Shown piece by piece: positions 1 through 52,762 of a stretch of DNA of 64,000 nt. The notes beneath the pieces are model-generated. The model did no database searches. It had not been told where the DNA came from and saw only the letters and a program-made list of their open reading frames with translations. This stretch comes from Macrostomum lignano (Eukaryota). The first letter of the stretch is position 1. Each line of letters starts with the position of its first letter. Position numbers and translations under genes: made by a program. The stretch is from the NCBI GenBank assembly GCA_002269645.1, contig NIVC01000127.1:496001-560000 (forward strand). Direction: 5' to 3'.

Positions 1-189
1 GGAGTGAGGTGAACGCATGAGGAATGAGGTGGGTGTAGGGGAATAAGGTGGGTGTAGGGGCGTGAGGTTGGTGTAGGGGAATGAGATGGGTGTAGAGGTG
101 AGTTTGGTGTAGTCGAGTGAGGTGGGCGTAGGTTGCGTGTCAATAAAATCCAATTCCGACCTCTGCGACGCGCACTAAAGCAGTCTTAC

Positions 190-21589
<21,400 letters not shown>

Positions 21590-22189
21590 ATCGTTATTAG
21601 TTTTTTTATACAATGTAGCACGCGCAGGTTCTATATGCGAAAAAAGCACTGCGCCATTAGCTGCGACAGAGGTTCGAAGTGCCGAGAATCATTCGAATTT
21701 ATAAATGCATTTTTTCACTACAAGCCTTGGCATCCAATAGACTTTCACTTGATCAGCCTGCGTTGCTAAACTAGAGACAGAAGTTTTTATATTCCAAATA
21801 TTTACTTGCACCGCCAATGACTGAAAGCATCGCAATTATTCGCTTCGACGATAAGGTAAAAAGTCAGCTGATAATACGGTGTCACTGGGTGCAGTTGGCG
21901 GGCTGTCTGTCTGCATTATGCCAAGTGCTGGACCAATGCTATTGCAATTTCAATCCAACCGCAGTTGTTGGCTCTCGACTAAAATTGAGAATAAAGAGTG
22001 AGCAGAGCTCGGTGCAAAGTGGCATGGATGGACCCGACGAATATTTGGTTAGGGAGGGCAGGAAATCTGGGCGGAAAAGACTGCGCGGTGAATGTTGAGA
22101 CAAGAGAAGCGGAAATACAGAAACAGAGAGGTTTGAGTAAACGAATGGCTAGTCGAGTCAAAAACAGATATGGGCAATTACGACTGACT

Positions 22190-22348
<159 letters not shown>

Positions 22349-22680
22349 TCGGCATTGAGAAATCATTGGTTTTAAAATGAGAAAAAAGTAGAACTACTGA
22401 AGCGAATGTAGCGGCTTATGCAAAAATATGTGGTCAGCTCATACAGCTGGGCTTTTCAATACTTCAAAACTGGAAAATATTTTTATATGCGAACCAAAAA
22501 CGTAATTATATCTATTCAGGGAAAATAAATGCACATGGAGTGTTAAAACTGACAAAATAGCTAAAAGAGAAAATCGAATGTTCCAACTTTTTTTTTCAAA
22601 AAATCTATTCAATATTGCCATCCTTCAACAGTCTACTGGCAGTAGAAATATCAGCAAATTTTTCATCAATTATCGACAAT

Positions 22681-22815
22681 CTAAGCGTGCTCCGGATGAT
22701 TGCGCAGCGTATCGATGAACTTCTCGGGGGCGAGGCGCCTCTCGCAGATAAGGTGAACAGCCGCCATCAGAGGGAATTCGGCTAGACGGTCCGCAGCCTG
22801 CAGGCCTGTGTACAC
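22681..22815 (-). CDS. GPD1: GPD1 exon 5 (terminal)
   Basis: cag|[25 protein letters not shown]...LRNHPEHA*. Confidence 0.93.
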   Translation of the reverse strand: MYTGLQAADRLAEFPLMAAVHLICERRLAPEKFIDTLRNHPEHA

Positions 22816-25800
22816 CTGCGAGTCCGTGTTCGGGACGTTGTGACTGCTATGGAAGTAACTGCTTTCACCTCAGTCCTGGAATCTGCCTCTCCGCTCCCAA
22901 TCAGTGCAGAAATCTGCCTCTCCGCTCCCACCTCAGTTCTCTACCCCTAGCAGCAAAGATCTATCAGGCAATTAGCGCAAGCACCTCGGCAGCAGTCTGC
23001 GGTCCCTGCAGCTTCTGGCCGTTGAGCAGCTCGTCCTCCAGCTGGCTGATTGGCTTGCCAGTCTTCACGAAGGCCTCGGCCAGCCGGCGATTCCGGCCAC
23101 CGTAACAGGTCGTCACCAGGTCGGCGATGCCGCACGACTCAAAGAAGGTCCGGTCCTGGACACCTGTCGGGAGTGCGGGCGGCCAGATTGGGGCAGCGGG
23201 TGCTTCAGACTGAGCTCATTTTTAGCAAAATAAATTTGCAGGCTAAAATTTCAAATTAATTGCTATGGGCAGCTTAGCACTTATTAGAACATCATAATAG
23301 AACCTTATAATCTCTTAGAACCAATTAGGACAGTTTAGAACCCATTAGGACAGTTTAGAACCCATTCGAACGATTTAGAACCCAGGACAGTTTAGAATCC
23401 ATTCGAATGGTTTAGAACCCATTAGGACAGTTTAGAACCCATTAGGACAGTTTAGAAACGATTAGGACGGTTTAGCACCCATTAGGACAGTTTAGAAACG
23501 ATTAGGACGGTTTAGAACCCATTAGGACAGTTTAGAACCCATTAGGACAGTTTAGAAACGATTAGGACAGTTTAGAAACGATTAGGACGGTTTAGCACCC
23601 ATTAGGACAGTTTAGAAACGATTAGGACGGTTTAGCACCCATTAGGACAGTTTAGAAACGATTAGGACGGTTTAGAACCCATTAGGACAGTTTAGAAACG
23701 ATTAGGACAGTTTAGAACCCATTAGGACAGTTTAGAACCCACTAGGACGGTTTAGAACCCATTAGGACAGTTTAGAACCCATTAGGACAGTTTAGAACCC
23801 ATTAGGACAGTTTAGAACCCATTAGGACAGTTTAGAAACGATTAGGACGGTTTAGAACCCATTAGGACAGTTTAGAAACGATTAGGACAGTTTAGAACCC
23901 ATTAGGACAGTTTAGAACCCATTAGGACAGTTTAGAACCCATTAGGACGGTTTAGAACCCATTAGGGCAGCAGTTCGACAATCCATTAACAGGCCAGTTT
24001 AAGCCTACAATAAAATGCACACCAACGCAGAGAACGGACGCAACTTACCCTTGGACGCATAGAAAGTGCGCATGAACTTCATCATCTCCATCAGGCCCAA
24101 CCGGATGATGGCCGCCTTGGTGTTGTCCCCGTAGCCCAGGCCGTCGCAGAAGCCGGCCCCAGTGGCCACCACATTTTTCAGCGCGCCGCAGAGTTCAACG
24201 CCAACCTCGTCGGAGGTGGTGCCGATGCGAAAGTAGTTGGTCTCGAATAGGGCTTTGAGCTCGCGGGCGCGGCTCGGGTCCCGACTGCCGACCGTGGCCT
24301 CGCAGAATGTTTCCTAGGGTAAGGGGTCAGGGCTACTGAGTCTTCCCACTTCCTCACAATCAGCCCCCCCCCCCTCCCAATCTGCCGCTTCCTCCCAATC
24401 TGCCGCTTCCTCCCAATCTGCCGCTTCCTCTCAATCTGCCGCTTCCTCCCAATCTGCCGCTTCCTTCCAATCTGCCGCTTCCTCCCAATCAGCCCCCCTC
24501 CTTCCCAATCTGCCGCTTTCTCCCAATCAGCCCCCCTCCTTCCCAATCTGCCGCTTCCTCCCAATCAGCCCCCCTCCTTCCCAATCTGCCGCTTTCTCCC
24601 AATCAGCCCCCCTCCCAATCTGCCGCTTCCTCCCAATCCGCCCCTCCCTCCCAATCCGCCCCTCCCTTCCAATCCGCCCCTCCCTCCCAGCCAGCCTCCT
24701 CATTCGCAGTCCCCCCCAGTTTAATCCGTCTGCATCACCTGTGCCACCTCGGGCGCCAGATTGGCTCCCATCAGCACGGCGCAGTCAACCTCCAGCTGCT
24801 GGCGAATGAGATCCGACAATAGCACCAGGCCGCCGCCTCCGCCGCCGCCGCCGCCGCCGCCGCCGCCTGCCGGCTCCACGTGGATGCCTTTAATCAGCGA
24901 CACAGCGTAGGCGCCCGACCGAAATTTGGCGCGCTGCTGGCGCAAAGTCCGACAGGCCGGCAGCAAGAACTGGTGGGGTAGCACGAATACAAAAATATCC
25001 GCCCATTCGCCCAGGCTCGGCAGGTCGGGCGTGGCCACTAGGGTGTCCGGCAGGGCGATGCCGGGCAGGTATTTCACGTTCTCGTGCCGGCTGTTGATTA
25101 TGCCCGACAGCGGCTGCCCGTCAACCGTCTCTTCGAATACCCACATTCGAACCTGGTCGAATATTTATCGTGACAAGAAATTCGAATACAAGATAATCTA
25201 CTTAGCGTTTATTGAAGGTCATGGTTAATAATAATGATAACTGATTACACCTGCCCTAATGACAGATGTGCAACCGACAGCTCAGCCGCAGCTATTGCGC
25301 AGCGCATCTGAAGGCTGCGTACGGCTGTTCAGTCCAAAGACTGGGGGGCCACATACACTCTCAATTACCCCAGCTAATGCTGGCACCCATTTTACAGCTG
25401 GATGAACTGAAGCAAGACAAAACTAAGTCTTGCTCAAGGACACAAATTGTTCGGAGTGGGTCGAGAATCGAACCCTCAACCCAGTCGTGAGTCCGATGCT
25501 CTAGACCACTAGGCTACAACTCTTAGCATGATTAGCAAAAACGATATAGCATAAATTAATGGTGTGGATTGAATTCATTGAAATTCTGCTCGTAGCGCGT
25601 ATACTAACTTTAATGTAAATGACGTTTAAGCTGACTTTTCGATGTATATTCACAAGACAATAATAATTCTCTCAGGTTAATAATTTCTCATTCAGATTTA
25701 TGACTTCTAGTGTCCCTGATTAGATAGTACTCTAGTAAAGTATAACACTCGATATTTTAATTAAAAAATTAGGTTCTTTATTTAAAATATGTCCACGTTT

Positions 25801-26545
25801 TGAAAACAGAGCTTGAATATATAAGCATAATAGCAACTAATATATACTTTCATCAATAACAAGCAGCTGATAACAAGTAACAGAACTGCTGCAGATAACT
25901 TAAGTTGGTCCCTTGAATTTTGTATTTCAATGAGCACTTATTTGCTCATTAGCTTCCAACTTCATATAGTTTAAAATAATTCAAATAGTTTAAAAAATAT
26001 TTTATCATGATACTTCTTAGATAATGTAATATAACATTTGATGTTACAATAGTTCATTTAAAATCCAACTTTAAATAAAATAAATGGAAAATGGATCATC
26101 AACATCATAGTATAATAAGAAAACAAACCCGAATCAAATGGTTAAGTCACTGTGTCTCTGGTTCTTTCTTGACTACGATCATTCTGAAATGATATATTCC
26201 AATAGAATCTATTGTATTATGAATTGTGGAGGATTGACAGCCTTAATGATAGCCTTCATATTAAATCGAGCAAGAATTCATATCACAAGTAGAATATGTT
26301 TATATGGCAACTAAAACTGACTGAAAAATCTCGCTGTTATTTTTAAAATATTTTCTGATTAAATGCCATTTTATTAAAATATTAGCACTATTTATTCAAA
26401 TAAATCAATAAAAAGTAGAAAATGCGAACGCACACCTTACCTCCTTGTTAAAGAGAGATGCAGATACCAATGCATTCTTAGCACAAATTTTAGCTATACA
26501 GGTACCCCAATTGCCTGACCCAATAATAGCAACGTTTCTAGCCAT
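22681..26545 (-). CDS. GPD1: Cytosolic NAD-dependent glycerol-3-phosphate dehydrogenase, complete, about 365 aa; exons 26441-26545, 24739-25152, 24049-24313, 22985-23163, 22681-22815
   Basis: [10 protein letters not shown] Rossmann motif, [30 protein letters not shown] (catalytic Lys), [37 protein letters not shown]-terminal LRNHPEH. All four introns are GT-AG with consistent phases (0,0,1,0). Confidence 0.96.
22985..23163 (-). CDS. GPD1: GPD1 exon 4
   Basis: cag|(G)[25 protein letters not shown]...[11 protein letters not shown]|GTGCTT. Confidence 0.93.
23305..23965. repeat. 20-bp minisatellite in GPD1 intron 3
   Basis: Unit ATTAGGACAGTTTAGAACCC. Confidence 0.95.
24049..24313 (-). CDS. GPD1: GPD1 exon 3
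   Basis: tag|ETFCEATVG...[11 protein letters not shown]...YASK G|GTAAGT. Confidence 0.95.
24355..24700. repeat. C-rich, about 18-bp minisatellite in GPD1 intron 2
   Basis: Unit CTCCCAATCTGCCGCTTC / CCCAATCAGCCCCCCTC. Confidence 0.9.
24739..25152 (-). CDS. GPD1: GPD1 exon 2 (contains a 13-Gly tract)
   Basis: cag|VRMWVFEE...ANLAPEVAQ|GTGATG. Confidence 0.93.
25226..25523 (-). mobile_element. tRNA-derived SINE with CORE-like central domain, in GPD1 intron 1
   Basis: Minus strand has A-box TAGCCTAGTGG, B-box GGTTCGATTCT, then TGTGTCCTTGAGCAAGAC...TCAGTTCATCCAGCTGTAAAATGGG (resembles the MIR CORE TGTGTGACCTTGGGCAAG...CATCTGTAAAATGGG) and an (ATT)n tail; no TSD found. Confidence 0.75.
26441..26545 (-). 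CDS. GPD1: GPD1 exon 1
   Basis: [20 protein letters not shown]...NKE|GTAAGG. Confidence 0.92.
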
Positions 26546-28056
26546 ATTTGTGAGTAAAATATTTATGCAAATCAGAATTCGAAGTTAATAAAATTATTAT
26601 TGTGTGATGTAAACGTTAAAAATACACAGCGGCTAAAGTAGCATTGAATTTGTTCCATATCAAGCTTTATTTTAAAAACAGCGGGCATGGTATTACAGTG
26701 CTGATCTCTATGTCTTTCAAGTGTAAATTCAGCAAACGTTCAATTTTTGTAACACAACTATTCATACAGCTGTATCATTTGTTTCGTTGCAATTTTACTA
26801 AGGGTTATTTTTTGTTTAAAGGATAAGATTAACTAAATTAAAACCGGCTTTGTAAACGGACAAATTTCAAATTTACTAAGCCTAGACTAATCTAAGAACG
26901 ACTTTGACTCCTGCGGGGTTTCTGTGTGAACGAATTAGCTAAAGACACATCATTTGACCCAGTTACAATTGATCAATATAGAGTTACTAAAATTCCCAGA
27001 CGCTATACATGTACTCATCATTACCCGATGGTGCGATGTACAATTTATTATTGTGTTTTTACTGATATTATACGATCGACTGATCGAGCGAATATTAATA
27101 TTATAAATATGTAAATAATTATATTGTACAAAAGTAACCCTGGATCTCAAAGTACTTGATTTTAACAACGATGTGTATATAGCACAGACTTCTACAATAC
27201 ACAATTTGAGATTTGAGTTGAGTTAATTTGAGATCGTATGTTACCATGCCAAACGTCTGTGAGTCGTCAGTTTCCAAATTTAGTTCTTTTTATTAAAAAA
27301 GGTAACCATTTTCGTCATTTTCGTAAATCTTCACCAATGGCTTTATGCATCATGCAATGTAGGCCCTACATGTAGTTAGCTCGTATGATTAGTACATGTA
27401 TAGTTTAGCTCCAACAATAAACCCATTCTCAATGTAATAAATAAGAAACACTGGGTGAGCAGATAATAAATTAAATTTAGCGGCATGTTTCTCATAACCA
27501 AGCTATTTAAATGACTGAAGATTCTAACCCTGTACTATTGCATTTTTGTCTGTTAAAGGCGCATGGCGGACTAAATAAAATACCTTCGAATAAAAATACA
27601 CACCCAGAAAAACTGTGCATCTCTTCCACGACATATCTATATACACGTATATAGTACTGACAACAAAAACAAACGATAAATCAAAACATGACAAGCAGAA
27701 AATTATTTGAGAAGTGTCAGTGACAGAGGAAAATTGCTAATGCTAAGCGAACTCAGCCTGAACTCTGAGCAATTTGAAACGCAAAGAAAAAGGAGCAACA
27801 AAATCAAATTGCGAGAATTCAGGGCGGCAGAACAATCAGCAGCAGCAGACAGGGTTCTATAGGGGATTCGAGAAAAAAAACATTAAGTAATAGATCTTAG
27901 GCTTGGCTCAAGTCTGAACCTGTTAAGAGCAAAATAATAGTACGGGAATAAAGTATAATATCTAATAAATGTAACTCATAAAACGCGCATTTCATCTCTG
28001 CCTGCAGTACGAGCTAAAGTAATTGAAAGCAAACAAAAAGGCACGCAGACAAATGT

Positions 28057-28057
<1 letters not shown>

Positions 28058-28112
<55 letters not shown>
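28058..28112. repeat. (GT)n microsatellite
   Basis: Directly visible. Confidence 0.95.
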
Positions 28113-28117
<5 letters not shown>

Positions 28118-29015
28118 GACACAGATCTAAATCCAACACCAGCTTGGAGTAGTGATGAAACGAACATTGGTCTAGTTGTTAAGGAAACACTTCAATGTTA
28201 AAAGCAAATGCGCGACAAACACCTCCAGCCTTTGGTTACCAGGGGGATAGGGAGAGAATCTTTTAGAAAAAAATCAAATAAAATAACAAATTTGAAAATT
28301 TCTTAAAGCTGCTATTATATATATACGGAGAAACGTTGACATAGCAACGGATTGTTTATCTTGGAAATTTAAAATTCTAAACCATTTGTGCTCTACTATA
28401 TATTGCGCGATAAGCAATTTTTGAAATCTAAAAAATAGACAACAGTATCTACTACTTTAAGTAGGAAAGATTAAAAAAAGCAACGCCGCTTTATCAATCA
28501 GGATTAACTCTTAAAAAGGTCAACAAGAATAAAGGAAATGTGTTATATTATTGATTCCAATCACATAAATATCTAATAGATCCGCACGAATGCTTAAAAC
28601 TGTCTGAACCTGTGATAATAGATAGGCAGGTGCATTGACTAATAAAGGGATGCTATTAAAAACATAATTACACAAGAACTGCGTTAACAATTATTTAAGT
28701 ACGCACTTATTTAATTAAGTAATAATGCAAGCAAGCATATGATTAATTGCAACAGGTTATTATGAATCAAAGCAACAAAGATGACATTTTCTGTCAGAAT
28801 ATGACCAATCCGAGACAAAGAAGACTAAATTAAAGTTGAAGGGGATTCAACGGAGCATTGGCAAATTATTAGCGAGAATGTAGAAATTGGACCTGTCGGG
28901 CATTGGTGCACAGGTTGATGGCAAGCGATTACAGTTGGGTTTGCGTTTAGTCAGCAAAACCAAAATAAACTGGCTTCGGCAGCGGATGGCAGCTGGCAGA
29001 GAGGGGCAGAGGGGT

Positions 29016-31560
29016 ATCTGGGAGAGGGACATCCTGGTGAAGGATCTGGGAGAGGGACATCCTGGTGAAGGATCTGGGAGAGGGACATCCTGGTGAAGGA
29101 TCTGGGAGAGGGACATCCTGGTGAAGGATCTGGGAGAGGGACATCCTGGTGAAGGATCTGGGAGAGGGACATCCTGGTGAAGGATCTGGGAGAGGGACAT
29201 CCTGGTGAAGGATCTGGGAGAGGGACATCCTGGTGAAGGATCTGGGAGAGGGACATCCTGGTGAAGGATCTGGGAGAGGGACATCCTGGTGAAGGATCTG
29301 GGAGAGGGACATCCTGGTGAAGGATCTGGGAGAGGGACATCCTGGTGAAGGATCTGAGGGACATCCTCTTGAAGGATCTGAGGGACATCCTGCTGAAGGA
29401 TCTGAGGGACATCCTGCTGAAGGATCTGAGGGACATTCTGCTGAAGGATCTGAGGGACATCCTGCTGAAGGATCTGAGGGACATCCTGCTGAAGGATCTG
29501 AGGGACATCCTGCTGAAGGATCTGGGAGAGGGACATCCTGGTGAAGGATCTGAGGGACATCCTGCTGAAGGATCTGAGGGACATCCTGCTGAAGGATCTG
29601 GGAGAGGGACATCCTGGTGAAGGATCTGAGGGACATTCTCTTGAAGGATCTGGGAGAGGGACATCCTGCTGAAGGATCTGAGGGACATCCTGCTGAAGGA
29701 TCTGGGAGAGGGACATCCTGGTGAAGGATCTGGGAGAGGGACATCCTGGTGAAGGATCTGGGAGAGGGACATCCTGGTGAAGGATCTGGGAGAGGGACAT
29801 CCTGGTGAAGGATCTGGGAGAGGGACATCCTGGTGAAGGATCTGGGAGAGGGACATCCTGGTGAAGGATCTGGGAGAGGGACATCCTGGTGAAGGATCTG
29901 AAGGACATCCTCTTGAAGGATCTGAGGGACATCCTGCTGAAGGATCTGAGGGACATCCTGCTGAAGGATCTGAGGGACATCCTGCTGAAGGATCTGAGGG
30001 ACATTCTGCTGAAGGATCTGAGGGACATCCTGCTGAAGGATCTGAGGGAAATCCTGCTGAAGGATCTGAGGGACATTCTGCTGAAGGATCTGATGGACAT
30101 CCTGCTGAAGGATCTGAGGTACATCCTGCTGAAGGATCTGAGGGACATTCTGCTGAAGGATCTGAGGGACATCCTGCTGAAGGATCTGAGGGACATCCTG
30201 CTGAAGGATCTGAGGGACATCCTGCTGAAGGATCTGAGGGACATCCTGCTGAAGGATCTGAGGGACATCCTGCTGAAGGATCTGGGAGAGGGACATCCTG
30301 GTGAAGGATCTGAGGGACATTCTCTTGAAGGATCTGGGAGAGGGACATCCTGCTGAAGGATCTGGGAGAGGGACATCCTGGTGAAGGATCTGGGAGAGGG
30401 ACATCCTGGTGAAGGATCTGGGAGAGGGACATCCTGGTGAAGGATCTGGGAGAGGGACATCCTGGTGAAGGATCTGGGAGAGGGACATCCTGGTGAAGGA
30501 TCTGGGAGAGGGACATCCTGGTGAAGGATCTGGGAGAGGGACATCCTGGTGAAGGATCTGGGAGAGGGACATCCTGGTGAAGGATCTGGGAGAGGGACAT
30601 CCTGGTGAAGGATCTGGGAGAGGGACATCCTGGTGAAGGATCTGGGAGAGGGACATCCTGGTGAAGGATCTGGGAGAGGGACATCCTGGTGAAGGATCTG
30701 GGAGAGGGACATCCTGGTGAAGGATCTGGGAGAGGGACATCCTGGTGAAGGATCTGGGAGAGGGACATCCTGGTGAAGGATCTGGGAGAGGGACATCCTG
30801 GTGAAGGATCTGGGAGAGGGACATCCTGGTGAAGGATCTGGGAGAGGGACATCCTGGTGAAGGATCTGGGAGAGGGACATCCTGGTGAAGGATCTGGGAG
30901 AGGGACATCCTGGTGAAGGATCTGGGAGAGGGACATCCTGGTGAAGGATCTGGGAGAGGGACATCCTGGTGAAGGATCTGGGAGAGGGACATCCTGGTGA
31001 AGGATCTGGGAGAGGGACATCCTGGTGAAGGATCTGGGAGAGGGACATCCTCTTGAAGGATCTGAGGGACATCCTGCTGAAGGATCTGAGGGACATCCTG
31101 CTGAAGGATCTGAGGGACATCCTGCTGAAGGATCTGAGGGACATTCTGCTGAAGGATCTGAGGGACATCCTGCTGAAGGATCTGAGGGACATCCTGCTGA
31201 AGGATCTGAGGGACATCCTGCTGAAGGATCTGAGGGACATTCTGCTGAAGGATCTGATGGACATCCTGCTGAAGGATCTGAGGGACATCCTGCTGAAGGA
31301 TCTGAGGGACATTCTGCTGAAGGATCTGAGGGACATCCTGCTGAAGGATCTGAGGGACATCCTGCTGAAGGATCTGAGGGACATCCTGCTGAAGGATCTG
31401 AGGGACATCCTGCTGAAGGATCTGAGGGACATCCTGCTGAAGGATCTGGGAGAGGGACATCCTGGTGAAGGATCTGAGGGACATTCTCTTGAAGGATCTG
31501 GGAGAGGGACATCCTGGTGAAGGATCTGAGGGACATCCTGTTGAAGGATCTGGGAGATGC
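29016..31560. repeat. Composite 28-bp/24-bp minisatellite, 2.5 kb, just 3' of the RSK stop
   Basis: Units GAAGGATCTGGGAGAGGGACATCCTGGT and GAAGGATCTGAGGGACATCCTGCT in alternating blocks. Confidence 0.96.
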
Positions 31561-31643
31561 AACCTCAAAAACGGCAGCAGAAACGGACAGAAACGCTGCA
31601 CTGAGCAATCGCGGTTGGTCCGCATCTACGCTGCAAACCTGCT

Positions 31644-49912
<18,269 letters not shown>

Positions 49913-52019
49913 ATAACATTGAAGGAAAAACGTTTTAAATTTAATATTACAACTTTTGTGTGGTCCCTTCAGAAGTAATGTTAATTAACTCCGATTGGTC
50001 GAAAAAACTAAGTGATTAGTATTTTGTAAAAAAATAGTGTCAAAAGCCGAAAGAAACGCACTTTCTTAGTTAGAAATTTTGGGTATGGCCATAAATGAGG
50101 AACAAAATAAATAATGAACAACAAAGGTTATGCAAAACTACTGCTTGCAGACCGTCTCGGACTGTCTGTAACAGATTCAGCAGCAAAAAAATGTGTAACT
50201 GGCTAGACCTTAGACCCGCGCTACTTCTCAAAGTGGTTTTTCTAAAAAACGGAGTATTTTTTAACAGTTTGATTTCGCGTTAGTCAATTTATCGATGGCT
50301 AGCATAACAAAATATAATAAGGTAGCTTCTAGGTTTATTACTTAAATGAAAGTTTTTGATTAATATTTTATTGAAAGAACTAATCTGCACTAATTTTGAT
50401 CAGACGTAAAAATATTTCTTACGTTTTTTCTTTTAGGAGAAAAAGGCAATGCGAAAATAGGCTTTAAATCAATTAATTGTGTTAGCTTCAATAAATCTTT
50501 GTGTCGCCAATGCTCGCCATACTAGATACCAGATAAAATATTTTGACCAAAGTCATCTGAGCACAAGGCATTTTTACAGCTTAGGCTATGCCACAAACGA
50601 AAACAAAAATAAAAAAGATTTGCTACTAGCTATTAAGATTGACAAATTTGCTACTATGATAGCAAATCTTCCTCCACAACCGACATGAAAATTATAGAAA
50701 ACACCATGTGTGAACCATGCTGTTGCTGCCTGTCTTACACCAATCTAATCCATCGTACCGGTTACCTTTATTGCTTACTTGGTATTTCCTTTTATTTGCT
50801 AACAATCTCCTTGCAATTAATTATAAGTTTTGCTTCTCTTCGTTTAAAAAAATACCGGTGCATCTTCTCCCGCATTACGCATATCTTTATATCATAATTT
50901 CTCTAATCGCAAACGTCTTAATACCAACCTTAAAACTTTGTTTTAGGCGCTCTATTTTGGTTATTTCCTTCTTACATAAAAATATCCCTCATCTTTAATA
51001 CCTAATATTTGCCTGCAATCTTTACATTTGATTTTTTTATTGTCTGATTATTACCTATATACTTTTTGTCACCTAACGGGATCAATTAAATTGCTATACA
51101 TCAAGTTCCTACAAGACTTGTTTTTTAATTTCTTACTTAAATACTTTTTGCTTCGTTAATCGTTAAAGATCGTTTGAAGTTTCGTAGAAAAAATTTAGGC
51201 ACTCTTTCAAATACTATATTATTGCAAAACTCCACGATGCGCATTAAAAAACAGCATTTAGAATCTTACGTGTATACGAAAAATGTACAATGTTTGAACG
51301 ATCACTGCTCCTAGAATATTTAATATTTTCGTTTAGGAGGTTTTTCATTTGAAAGATATATTTCTCTAGTTTCTTATACATATATTTAGACTTTTATAAA
51401 ACCAGTTCAACACGTAGCAATCGAAATTTAAAGGAATTTTCGTTTTTTCTGCATCATTTTAAACTTTTAAAATATCACTGAAGTCCCTATTCAAGGTTGA
51501 ACAAAGAATGATAGAAAGATTGCATTTTGATATTTTGATAACTTTATAATTAGAAGCAGATGTATTTTTAAACTTTAGTTTAGCCAAGATATTATTCTTG
51601 AGCTATTATAAAAATATGCTTTAATTAATTTATTCTAGGGGGGTATGGTCCCTATGTTATTTTGTTTCGTTTTGTTTCATTTCCAAGAAATTTGACAAAT
51701 TTGTCAATTCAATATTAAAGTCTTAGGCTACAGATTAGCCAAGTGGTTATTATCATATGACAATTTAGAGAATGACAATTTCAACTATACCCATATAGAT
51801 ATAATGTGCTAGGGGTTTTCTTTGATATTAAAATATCTCACTAATGCCATTAAAGTAGTTATAAACATGTTTGTTTTGTTTTTTTATAGTATTAGTATAC
51901 TGTACTAACACTGATAAGTCCTATTCAACAATATAATTTCTAATGCAAAGGACATAATAATTTAGATATATATTTTATTTACTGTTACAGTGGGTATTCC
52001 TCTGTCTTTATGAATAATC

Positions 52020-52762
52020 TAGAGATGTTCCAAAAGCAAATTTTCTGTCAAAATTAAATTGAAATCAAAATTTGCTACTTTCTAAAATCAAAATCAAAAT
52101 CAAAATTTTCCGAAATCAAAATTCAGAAAAACAAATTTTAATACAACCAACACTCACTTTTCTACTTTTGATTTACTGCTTTTGCAAAACAAAATACATG
52201 TATGTTAGCAGAAGTTCGTTTACTTTCAGCCACTAAATAAGGAGAATCCCTCATTGCCACTTTTAAATACAAAAAATCTTTTTGACGCAAAAACTACATA
52301 TACTGAGTTGTAGTGTTGTACATGTCATAAAATGTACAGTTAAAATGTGCATGTATCACTGCATGACTAGCAATAACTGAGATTGTGTAAATGATAATAC
52401 ATGTATATGTATGGTAAATGTACATGTATATACTGTAAAATGCAAAAAATATGCAATATATCAGTAGACGCTTTTGCAGCTTTAAAATGCGACAAAATTT
52501 ACAAAAATTTACAGTTCCACAAACTCCATGTTACATGTCCTACATGCATGGAAGAGTTTTAACAAATTCAAATAGTTTTGCATGTAAAAATTGTAATATC
52601 ACCGATAAAAGACAGTACCAAAGTTCTAAAAAACTAAAATCAGATAAAAATTTCGGAAGTACTTTCCAAAATTTTGACTTCTGAAATTTTTTCAAAATCA
52701 AAATTTGCTCCAAAAAAATCCGAATTTTGGAAAATCAAAATTGAAATTTCGGAACATCTTTA
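52020..52762. mobile_element. hAT-type MITE (743 bp)
   Basis: TIRs TAGAGATGTTCCAAAA / TAAAGATGTTCCGAAA; perfect 8-bp TSD GAATAATC (52012-52019 and 52763-52770); subterminal AAAATC repeats. Confidence 0.85.

Noticed and set aside
28847-31625. 861-892 aa ORFs (also 45191-47373, 32043-32881, 36841-39350, 43366-44657, 19647-20416, 3377-4127, 1045-1545)
   Set aside because: They are translations of tandem repeats lacking stops, open in several frames or on both strands, and lie in introns or downstream of genes; no coding evidence.
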